DNA from: Minisyncoccota bacterium
GTDB lineage: Bacteria > Patescibacteriota > Minisyncoccia > Phycocordibacterales > CALRHW01
Direction of reading: 5' to 3'
DNA: 64,000 nt
NCBI GenBank assembly: GCA_046350795.1
Contig: JAXLZT010000001.1
Location: forward strand, 309,780 to 373,779
In this document: piece after piece, positions 1 through 7,792 of the stretch
Position numbering within the stretch: position 1 is the stretch's first letter
How the letters are laid out: every line of letters starts with the position of its first letter
Notes under the pieces: model-generated
What the model was told of the DNA's origin: nothing
Seen by the model: only the letters and a program-made list of their open reading frames with translations
Databases searched by the model: none
Translations under genes and position numbers: made by a program

Positions 1-2
1 TT

Positions 3-941
3 GCCACATCTCTTACCAACTATGATTTCGACGTACTCATTGCACGTGAAGCAAAACGTCGTGGTATAAAAATAATAGGTATGGTGAGAAGCTGGGACAA
101 TCTTTCTAGTCACGGTCTGTTGCGTGTGGTTCCTGATATTTTTATTCTTCAGGATGAGTTTTTAAAGGATATGGCTATAGAGTATCAAGCTATAAATACA
201 AAAAATACACCTATCCACATAGTGGGTCTACCACACTATGACATGCTAAAAGATGTCACCTCACTTTTACCGTCCCGTGAAGATTTTTTCAAAAGTGTTG
301 GATTGGATCCAGAAAAGAAACTCATTTTCTATGGTGCTATGGGAGAATTTCTTTTTATTCATGAAGGCGAACTTCCCGAGGTGTTTGAACATCTTGTGCA
401 AGAGAAAAAAATAAAATACCCAGCGCAGTTTCTCTATCGCGCACATCCAAAGTTTAGGATTGATCCAGAAAAAATAAAATCTCTGAAGTCGGTGGTTTTT
501 GATACAGAAGGTAAATATATAAATACAGAGAAAACCGACACGTCTGAAAATGAAAACATACATTTAGCAGCTTCGATATATTATAGTGACGTGGTAGTAA
601 CTGGAGCTTCTACTATAGCTATAGATGCTGCTGTGTTAGACAAGCCAATAGTCTGTATTGGCTTTGATGGAAAAACACCGCTGAAAGATGTAGACTATTG
701 GGAGTCGGTAGAGCGTTTCTATGATCTCTATACCCATTTTGAAGAGCTTATGGATGCTAACGGCGTAAAACTAGCGAAAAAACAAAATGATCTAGCGAAA
801 TATATAAATGAATATATAGAAAGTCCACAACTCGAAGCTGAGGGACGTAAGAAAATAATAGAACGCTTTGTGGCGCCCTTTGATGGAAAAGCTAGTGTGC
901 GTCTAGCAAGATTAGTCTCTAAAGAAATTTCAAAAATATGA
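3..941 (+). CDS. CDP-glycerol glycerophosphotransferase/sialyltransferase-like GT-B protein (5'-truncated by window)
   Basis: Frame open from base 3; motifs 'SWDNL', 'VGLPHYD', 'RAHP', 'STIAIDAAVLDKPIV', 'DGKASVR'; adjacent to neuA. Confidence 0.6.
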   Translation, partial: ATSLTNYDFDVLIAREAKRRGIKIIGMVRSWDNLSSHGLLRVVPDIFILQDEFLKDMAIEYQAINTKNTPIHIVGLPHYDMLKDVTSLLPSREDFFKSVGLDPEKKLIFYGAMGEFLFIHEGELPEVFEHLVQEKKIKYPAQFLYRAHPKFRIDPEKIKSLKSVVFDTEGKYINTEKTDTSENENIHLAASIYYSDVVVTGASTIAIDAAVLDKPIVCIGFDGKTPLKDVDYWESVERFYDLYTHFEELMDANGVKLAKKQNDLAKYINEYIESPQLEAEGRKKIIERFVAPFDGKASVRLARLVSKEISKI

Positions 942-1660
942 TTCAAAACTATAAAGTGTTTGCTCTAGTGCTTGCTCGTGGAGGCTCAAAAAGAATTCCG
1001 AAGAAAAATATAAAATTACTCGCTGGCAAACCACTGATAGCTTATTCGATAGACGAAGCAAAAAAATCAAAATACATAGACAAACTTATTACATCTACAG
1101 ATGATGTTGAAATAGCGGAGGTTGCAAAACAGTACGGTTGTGATGTGCCATTTATGCGCCCGGCAGATCTAGCGGGAGACTCTGTTACAGATTACCCTGT
1201 CTTTTTACACGCATTAAAATGGCTAAAAGAAAATGAGGGGTATGAACCAGATATTATTGTCCAGCTTCGACCCACATCACCACTTCGTACGGTGGAGCAT
1301 ATAGATGCGGCTATAGAGCTTTTGGTAAAAAATCCAGAAGCAGACTCAGTGCGTACAGTGACCGAACCAGATCAAAGTCCGTACAAAATGTACAAAATAG
1401 GCGAGAGTGGCTCGCTTGAACCACTGCTTACCATCGAAGGAGTAAAAGAATCTTTCAACATGCCCGGACAAAGTTTGCCAAAAGCATATAAACATGTGGG
1501 ATATGTAGATGTCATGTGGCGTCGGACTCTAATAGATAAAGGCCAGATGACTGGATCAAAAATAATTCCTCTAGTATTAGACAAAGCTTATAGTGGAATA
1601 AACAAACCAGAAGATTGGGAATACTATGAATATCTTATTACTAAGCTAACTGACAATTAA
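938..1660 (+). CDS. neuA: Acylneuraminate cytidylyltransferase (CMP-nonulosonic acid synthetase)
   Basis: 'ARGGSKRIPKKNI', 'GKPLIAY', 'LRPTSPLR' motifs. Confidence 0.9.
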   Translation: MIQNYKVFALVLARGGSKRIPKKNIKLLAGKPLIAYSIDEAKKSKYIDKLITSTDDVEIAEVAKQYGCDVPFMRPADLAGDSVTDYPVFLHALKWLKENEGYEPDIIVQLRPTSPLRTVEHIDAAIELLVKNPEADSVRTVTEPDQSPYKMYKIGESGSLEPLLTIEGVKESFNMPGQSLPKAYKHVGYVDVMWRRTLIDKGQMTGSKIIPLVLDKAYSGINKPEDWEYYEYLITKLTDN

Positions 1661-1668
1661 TTGTTTTT

Positions 1669-2817
1669 ATGGATACGATTTTTTCTCACAAACCCCACAC
1701 AGAAAAAAATGGTATAAAAAAATATACTAAGACTGATTTTTATTGGGGCATTGTTCCTAGATCAGAAATGGAAAGTTTTAATGCTTTGGGACAAGAAAAG
1801 GGATTTTTACAAGCGCATAAGGAGTTTTCTTTTAAAGAGCGTTTTAATTATGCGGAAAATTATCGACGTGCAGATTTTCATTTTTTATTGCCGTTTAAAA
1901 AAGATTCTGTAATTTTGGATTTGGGTTCTGGTTTTGGCAATGTGACTATACCGATGGCAAAGCACTACAAACACGTTGTTGCTGCGGATGCTTCTCTACC
2001 GTTACTTGAATACTCTAGCTTGCGTGCAAAAAGTGAGAATATAAACAATATTGATTATGTGCAAGTTGATCCTCTTGAAGAGTGTAATCTGCCATTTAAA
2101 CCAAAATCTTTTGACGTAATTATTTTAAATGGAGTCTTAGAGTGGGTTGGTCCAGCAAAAAAAGATGTCTCTCCTACAATCACACAAAAACGTTTTCTTG
2201 CTTATTTGGCCACCCTTCTCAAAGACGATGGATTTTTGTATATAGGAATAGAAAATAGACTTTTTCCGGGGTGGCTCCGTAGAGATCCACATTCAAAGTT
2301 GAAGTATACTTCGATACTTCCTAGGTTTTTGGCAAATTGGTATGCAAAGAAGCACGGTCATGCAGACGGATACAAAACGTATATATATTCATCTTTTGGT
2401 TATAAAAAAATGCTTCGTCAAGCTGGTTTTGGTTTTACAAAATTTTTATATCCATATACTACATACCGAGAACCAGAATATATTTACTCAAACGATACGG
2501 CAGTTAGAAGATTTATTTTTGCTGGTTATTTGAAAAATATTTTTACAAAAAAATGGAGTACTTTTCTGAAATTCCTATCATTTATAAATGCGGATAGGAT
2601 CTTTTTATCTAGTTTTATGATTATAGCTTCAAAGAAGCGGGGAGTAGAGAAAAACACTCCTTATATATACGAAATAGCTAAAAATTTTTCTCCTGATGTA
2701 TTGAAGGACGATGTATATATGAAGGTGCCATCAAAAAATGATAAGGCTAGATTTCTGGTCTTTCATCAAAGTGATAGTAAGCCACATTTAGAGTTTGAGG
2801 TTGAAAGGGTTGGATGA
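1669..2817 (+). CDS. Class I SAM-dependent methyltransferase
   Basis: 'ILDLGSGFG' motif I, 'SFDVIILNGVLEW'. Confidence 0.8.
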   Translation: MDTIFSHKPHTEKNGIKKYTKTDFYWGIVPRSEMESFNALGQEKGFLQAHKEFSFKERFNYAENYRRADFHFLLPFKKDSVILDLGSGFGNVTIPMAKHYKHVVAADASLPLLEYSSLRAKSENINNIDYVQVDPLEECNLPFKPKSFDVIILNGVLEWVGPAKKDVSPTITQKRFLAYLATLLKDDGFLYIGIENRLFPGWLRRDPHSKLKYTSILPRFLANWYAKKHGHADGYKTYIYSSFGYKKMLRQAGFGFTKFLYPYTTYREPEYIYSNDTAVRRFIFAGYLKNIFTKKWSTFLKFLSFINADRIFLSSFMIIASKKRGVEKNTPYIYEIAKNFSPDVLKDDVYMKVPSKNDKARFLVFHQSDSKPHLEFEVERVG

Positions 2818-2879
2818 GTATTTTGAGATTAAGTGCGATTACTGGGTTTTTTTTACTATTGTTGTATAATAGCCCCATT

Positions 2880-3974
2880 ATGAATTTCACAGATAAATTG
2901 AAGCATTTTCTTGGTCTTTTGCCAGGAAAGGTGAAGATAGGCAAACAATACGTTGGGGTGGGAGAGCCAGTTTTTATAATTGCTGAAGTTGGTATCAATC
3001 ACAACGGAGATATTGAGATTGCCAAAAAGCTTATAGATGCCGCTGCAGATGCTGGCGCAAATGCCGTAAAATTTCAGAAAAGAACCACAAATGAAATTCT
3101 TACAAAAGAGGGTTTGGAAAAGCCGTATACTTCTGTACACGCTTTTGGTCCTACATACGGTGAACATCGCAACAAGCTAGAGTTTACAGAAAAAGATTAT
3201 AAAGAGCTCAAAGAGTATGCAAAAAATAAAAATGTTTTGTTTTTTGCAAGTGCCTGGGATCAGACCAGCGCTGATTTTCTAGAATCTTTTGATGTAGATG
3301 CATACAAAATTCCTTCTGCTGATACTATAAATATCCCACTGCTTGAGTATGTGGCAAAAAAGAATAAGCCGGTTCTTATTTCTACTGGTATGAACACGAT
3401 GGAGGAAATAGAAGCCGCTGTGCGTACAGTACTAAAACACAATCATCGTGTCGTGGTATTCCATTGTTTGTCTCTATATCCGTCACCCGAAGATAAAATA
3501 AACCTTAGTTTTATGGATGTACTCAAACAAAAGTTTCATCCGCTTCCGGTCGGGTATTCTGGTCATGAAATGGAGCTTATGCCTACTCTAGCGGCTGTAG
3601 CGCGTGGCGCAACTATCATAGAAAGACACCTAACTCTTGATAAGACGATGAAGGGTTCTGATCATGCCGCTTCTCTTGAGCCAGCTCAATTAAAAGAATT
3701 GGTTGATAATATCCGACGTATAGAGAAGATTCTTGGTTCTGCAGATAAGACTATTTACGATGAATTAAAACCGTTAAGGGAAAAATTAGCAAAAAGTATT
3801 GCTACTACAAAAGCCATAAAAAAGGGAACTGTGATTACTCGTGATATGCTTACTGTCAAAGGTCCTGGTACGGGTATTTCTCCAGCAAATCTAGATTTTG
3901 TAGTAGGCAAGATAGCAAAAGAAGATGTGGGTGAGGATGTGATATTGCCAAAGACTGCTGTTGATTTAAATTAA
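2880..3974 (+). CDS. neuB: N-acetylneuraminate synthase family protein with C-terminal SAF domain
   Basis: 'IIAEVGINHNGD', 'AVKFQK', 'GYSGHE', 'IERHLTLD', 'GSDH'; start moved to ATG 2880, just after TATAAT 2865-2870. Confidence 0.92.
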   Translation: MNFTDKLKHFLGLLPGKVKIGKQYVGVGEPVFIIAEVGINHNGDIEIAKKLIDAAADAGANAVKFQKRTTNEILTKEGLEKPYTSVHAFGPTYGEHRNKLEFTEKDYKELKEYAKNKNVLFFASAWDQTSADFLESFDVDAYKIPSADTINIPLLEYVAKKNKPVLISTGMNTMEEIEAAVRTVLKHNHRVVVFHCLSLYPSPEDKINLSFMDVLKQKFHPLPVGYSGHEMELMPTLAAVARGATIIERHLTLDKTMKGSDHAASLEPAQLKELVDNIRRIEKILGSADKTIYDELKPLREKLAKSIATTKAIKKGTVITRDMLTVKGPGTGISPANLDFVVGKIAKEDVGEDVILPKTAVDLN

Positions 3975-3992
3975 AAATAAAAAGCAAAGAAC

Positions 3993-6185
3993 ATGATAAA
4001 AAATCTAAAAATTATTATTTTATCTGGTCTGTTTGCAACACCCATTATTCCGTTCATTGTGATGAACAGTTTATTTTTTCCCTTTATTACTGGTAAAGCT
4101 TTTGTTTTTAGAATTCTAACGGAAATTTTGTTTTGTCTCTGGGTTATCTTGATGGTAAAGGATGAATCTTATAGACCAAAAAAGTCATGGATTCTTTACG
4201 TGATTTCTGCTTTTGTTGCAGTAATATTTCTAGCAGATATTTTTGGTGTAAATTTTTATAGGAGTTTTTGGAGCAATTTTGAGAGAATGGATGGTTTTAT
4301 TACACTCCTTCATCTTTTTGTCTATTTTATTATTTTGGGTACCACTTTTAAAACAGAAAAAATCTGGAATTATTTTTTCAACACCACATTGGTGGCAAGC
4401 ACCATACTTTGTCTTTTTTATGCACTTCCTCAGATATACGGTAGCGCAGCTATTCATCAGAGTGCAGATCGTGTTGATGCTACATTGGGCAACGCTACGT
4501 ATTTGGCTGTGTATGCCCTTATTCATATTTTTATTGCACTGTATCTAATGATGCGTTCAAAAAATATCTATCTAAAGCTTACTTATGTAGCAGTGATGGC
4601 TTTACAGTTTCTTGTGATGTACAAAACTCAGACGAGAGGTGCAATGCTTGGCTTGGTTGGTGGGCTTTTTATTTCCATGATAATTATTGCTTTTCGTGAA
4701 AGGGAGAGAAAAACTGTTCGTAAAATATCTATCGGTATCCTTGTTGCACTAGTATTTGTTGTTGGAAGCTTTTTTGCCATTAGGAATAGTGATTTTGTGA
4801 AAAAGAGTCCTACATTGAGTAGATTTGCTGGTATTTCTCTTTCAGAAAATTTTTTAAAAAGTCAGGGAAGATATTATATCTGGCCTATGGCTATATCTGG
4901 TTTTAAGGAACATCCTATCTTGGGTTGGGGTCAAGAAAATTTCAATTATGTTTTTAGTAAAAATTTTGATCCGAGAATGTACAATCAGGAGCAATGGTTT
5001 GACCGAGCGCATAACGTAGTATTGGATTGGTTGGTGGCTGGAGGACTTTTGGGGTTGCTTGCTTATTTATCTCTTTTTGTTGCGTTACTTTATTGTATCT
5101 GGCGTGGTAAGGGAGGTGAATTTTCTATTTCAGATAAAAGTATCTTGACGGGTTTAGTCTGTGCTTATTTTTTCCAGAATCTTTTCGTTTTTGACAATCT
5201 TTCTAGTTATCTTTTGTTTTTTGCTTTGTTGGCTTATGTATATGCAATACGCACCCCATCTGATGCAAAAGTTGTTGCAGAGAAATTGCATACAAATAGT
5301 ATTGTGGGGAAAAACATTTTCATCTCTGTAGCGATTTTGGTTACTTTTTTCATTATTTTTTCATGGAATATAAAGCCAATACAGGCAAATAGAAGCCTGC
5401 TAAATGCTGTGGCACCAGAATCAAATGGTCAATTTGATTACGCAAAAGATTTTGAGTCTTTTAAGAAAGCTATTTCTTACAATACTTTTGGTACAGCAGA
5501 GGCTAGAGAGCACTTTATATTTCTTGCAAACAAGTTAAATACCAATGAGACTCCGCAGGATCTGCGCACAGCTGTTTTTCAGGGAGCTGCAACTGAAATG
5601 GATAAGCAAATAAAAGAGGGTGCTGAGCCAGATGCTAGATATTATCTATTTTTAGGTTCACTTTTGGGTGGTTATGGTTTAGCTGATCAGGCTACATTAT
5701 ATTTAAAGAAGGCTCACGAGCTTAGTCCCAAAAGGCAGTCGGTATATTTTGAGATGATAAATGTTATGTTGCAACAGGGTAAGATGGATGCGGCTTTGGC
5801 TTATGCAAAGGAAGCTTATATGCTTGAGCCTTCATATGCAGTTGCCAGAATCACATATTTTACTATTGCTCTAAGAGCAAAGAAACCAGATCTTGCAAAG
5901 GAGATAATATCTGGAATGGATGAAAAAGATTATATATTTGATGATCGGGTTTTGGGAACATATCTTGATTTAAAGAAAAATGACGAAGCGTTAGCTATAC
6001 TAAAACGAAGGATAGAGCTTGATCCAAAGAATCCACAATACAGAATTTCTTTATCAGCTTTCTATCTTTCTATAGGTAATAAGTTTATGTCTAAAAATGT
6101 TATAAAAGATTTTATCGCTATAGATCCAGTGCAGTTTCAGGCGCAAGGCGAGTATTATTTAAATCAGATAGATCAGAGTAAGTAA
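3993..6185 (+). CDS. O-antigen ligase/O-oligosaccharyltransferase-like polytopic membrane protein with C-terminal TPRs
   Basis: Many TM segments; 'TLGNATYLA', 'TQTRGAMLG', 'PILGWGQENF', 'DRAHN' (Wzy_C-type motifs); TPR-like helices at C-terminus. Confidence 0.85.
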   Translation: MIKNLKIIILSGLFATPIIPFIVMNSLFFPFITGKAFVFRILTEILFCLWVILMVKDESYRPKKSWILYVISAFVAVIFLADIFGVNFYRSFWSNFERMDGFITLLHLFVYFIILGTTFKTEKIWNYFFNTTLVASTILCLFYALPQIYGSAAIHQSADRVDATLGNATYLAVYALIHIFIALYLMMRSKNIYLKLTYVAVMALQFLVMYKTQTRGAMLGLVGGLFISMIIIAFRERERKTVRKISIGILVALVFVVGSFFAIRNSDFVKKSPTLSRFAGISLSENFLKSQGRYYIWPMAISGFKEHPILGWGQENFNYVFSKNFDPRMYNQEQWFDRAHNVVLDWLVAGGLLGLLAYLSLFVALLYCIWRGKGGEFSISDKSILTGLVCAYFFQNLFVFDNLSSYLLFFALLAYVYAIRTPSDAKVVAEKLHTNSIVGKNIFISVAILVTFFIIFSWNIKPIQANRSLLNAVAPESNGQFDYAKDFESFKKAISYNTFGTAEAREHFIFLANKLNTNETPQDLRTAVFQGAATEMDKQIKEGAEPDARYYLFLGSLLGGYGLADQATLYLKKAHELSPKRQSVYFEMINVMLQQGKMDAALAYAKEAYMLEPSYAVARITYFTIALRAKKPDLAKEIISGMDEKDYIFDDRVLGTYLDLKKNDEALAILKRRIELDPKNPQYRISLSAFYLSIGNKFMSKNVIKDFIAIDPVQFQAQGEYYLNQIDQSK

Positions 6186-6210
6186 TTTTGCATTTCCTAA
6201 CGTTTCTTCA

Positions 6211-6239
6211 TTGACTTTTTTGGTATATTCTGCTAGTGT
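6211..6239 (+). promoter_or_regulatory. sigma70-type promoter TTGACT-N17-TAGTGT (with extended TG)
   Basis: TTGACT 6211-6216, TGc-TAGTGT 6231-6239. Confidence 0.5.
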
Positions 6240-6245
6240 ATTGTG

Positions 6246-6325
6246 TATGAGTGCAAGCGTATGCTTGCTTCAAAACAAACGAATGTCTGCGTAAGGCCCC
6301 ACCTCGTGTGGGGTTTTGCGTTTTT
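6246..6325 (+). ncRNA. Candidate ~80-nt small RNA with intrinsic terminator
   Basis: Own promoter; GCAAGC-gtat-GCTTGC hairpin 6253-6268; 14-bp terminator stem 6289-6321 with G-U pairs valid on the + strand, then T-run; no known family recognised. Confidence 0.45.
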
Positions 6326-6352
6326 GTAGGGTGGCATATAATATAAGTGTAT

Positions 6353-6433
6353 ATTGTGTCTGGCCATGATCGGCGATTGCACTCATAGACATTTGTTTTG
6401 GAGCTCGCACCGCCGATCATGATCTGACGCAAT
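6353..6433 (+). ncRNA. Long hairpin RNA / murB leader
   Basis: ATTGTGTC/GACGCAAT outer stem and perfect CATGATCGGCG/CGCCGATCATG inner stem (6365-6375/6411-6421); preceded by TTGCGT-N17-TAATAT and TATAAT 6337-6342. Confidence 0.5.
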
Positions 6434-6443
6434 CCCAACTATC

Positions 6444-7469
6444 ATGGACCATATTCAATCCGACGTACCACTTTCTATTCATACGACTTTCAGGATAGGT
6501 GGTCCAGCTAAGTATTTTGTTTCTATTACAAATTTAGATGAACTGAAAGACGCTGTTTTATTTGCTCGTGAAAAGGGTTTGCCGATTTTTATACTAGGTG
6601 GAGGCTCAAATACATTAGTTTCAGATTCTGGTTTTAATGGCGTTGTCTTGAAAATTGAAATAATAGGTATTGAATTTAATCAAATCTCAGATAATGAATG
6701 TGAAATAGTGATGGGTGCTGGTGAGGAGTGGGATAAGGTTGTCGAGCTTTCTGTCTCACGAGGTTTTTCTGGCTTTGAAAATTTATCTGGAATACCAGGT
6801 ACTGTCGGTGCTTCACCGGTACAAAATATAGGTGCGTATGGTAGGGAAATAAAAGATTGTATTTCTTTTGTTGAGGTTTTTGATACAGAAAATCTTACGT
6901 TCAAAAAAATGCTACCAGAAGATTGTCTTTTTGATTATAGGGATAGTGTGTTTAAAAAAGAAGAGGGAAAGAAGTTTGTCGTTACAAGGGTTGGTTGTAT
7001 TTTAAAAAAAGATGTCTCTGTAGACATTTCATATAAAGATTTAAATAGTTTTTTTGAAAAAGTAGATAAGAAAAACATCACTCCCTCTATGGTGCGAGAT
7101 GCTGTTGTTGAAATAAGAAAAAATAAATTACCAGATTTAAAAATTTTCGGCACCGCTGGCTCTTTTTTTAAAAATCCAATAATTTCAAATGAACATTATG
7201 AATTGTTGAAAGAAAAATTTGGAGATATCCCATGTTTTGATTTTTCTAATGAAATGAAAAAGGTTTCGGCAGCTTGGATTTTAGATAATGTTTGCAATTT
7301 CAAGGGATACAGAGAAGGAAATGTTGGTGTTTATAAAAACCAATCTCTTGTAATTGTAAATTTTGGTGGTGCTACTGCAGATGAAATAAAAAATTTATCA
7401 AAAAAAATGTGTGAGTGCGTGAAAAAAAATACAGACATAAATCTTTCTCCAGAAATTATTTTCGTGTAA
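6444..7469 (+). CDS. murB: UDP-N-acetylmuramate dehydrogenase
   Basis: 'HTTFRIGGPA', 'LGGGSN', 'GIPGTVGASPVQNIGAYG', 'AGSFFKNP'. Confidence 0.95.
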   Translation: MDHIQSDVPLSIHTTFRIGGPAKYFVSITNLDELKDAVLFAREKGLPIFILGGGSNTLVSDSGFNGVVLKIEIIGIEFNQISDNECEIVMGAGEEWDKVVELSVSRGFSGFENLSGIPGTVGASPVQNIGAYGREIKDCISFVEVFDTENLTFKKMLPEDCLFDYRDSVFKKEEGKKFVVTRVGCILKKDVSVDISYKDLNSFFEKVDKKNITPSMVRDAVVEIRKNKLPDLKIFGTAGSFFKNPIISNEHYELLKEKFGDIPCFDFSNEMKKVSAAWILDNVCNFKGYREGNVGVYKNQSLVIVNFGGATADEIKNLSKKMCECVKKNTDINLSPEIIFV

Positions 7470-7474
7470 TCAAG

Positions 7475-7483
7475 TTATCCACA
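7475..7483 (+). promoter_or_regulatory. Perfect DnaA box TTATCCACA
   Basis: Exact 9-mer consensus in intergenic DNA. Confidence 0.45.
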
Positions 7484-7602
7484 CTTGCTTATAAAAAAAT
7501 ATTGTATTTGAAATATATATGTACGATAATTAATGGTGTAAGCTTTGTCATTAAAAAGGTCGTTGAACAAAGTAACTTTAAAAATTTTCAAACAAAAATA
7601 TC

Positions 7603-7695
7603 ATGGCTGCAAAAAAACGAAAAGCTCCTGCAAAAAAACGAAAAGCTGCAAAGAAGACAACAAAAAAGCGAAAAGCTTCAAAGCGACGACGATAG
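7603..7695 (+). CDS. 30-aa Lys/Arg/Ala-rich histone-H1-like peptide MAAKKRKAPAKKRKAAKKTTKKRKASKRRR (absent from ORF track)
   Basis: ATG 7603 to TAG 7693-7695; upstream TTGTAT-N17-GATAAT; own terminator downstream. Confidence 0.75.
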   Translation: MAAKKRKAPAKKRKAAKKTTKKRKASKRRR

Positions 7696-7718
7696 TCTCA
7701 AGTGACCCTAAAAAGGGT

Positions 7719-7754
7719 AAAAATAACCACTCAGAAATGAGTGGTTATTTTTTT
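7719..7754 (+). terminator. Rho-independent terminator
   Basis: AAAATAACCACTCA-gaaa-TGAGTGGTTATTTT plus T-run. Confidence 0.85.
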
Positions 7755-7792
7755 ATAAAACCCTAAAATGTGCTACAATACCCGCACAACTT

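Noticed and set aside
6208-6438. 76-aa minus-strand ORF, or identity as SRP, 6S or tmRNA
   Set aside because: The ORF is not protein-like and the G-U pairs favour + strand RNA; no SRP GNRA/AGCAG motif, tmRNA acceptor end or symmetric 6S rod is evident
7415-7766. ORFs 7415-7705 and 7545-7766
   Set aside because: Alternative frames over the 30-aa peptide with non-ATG starts; one runs through the terminator
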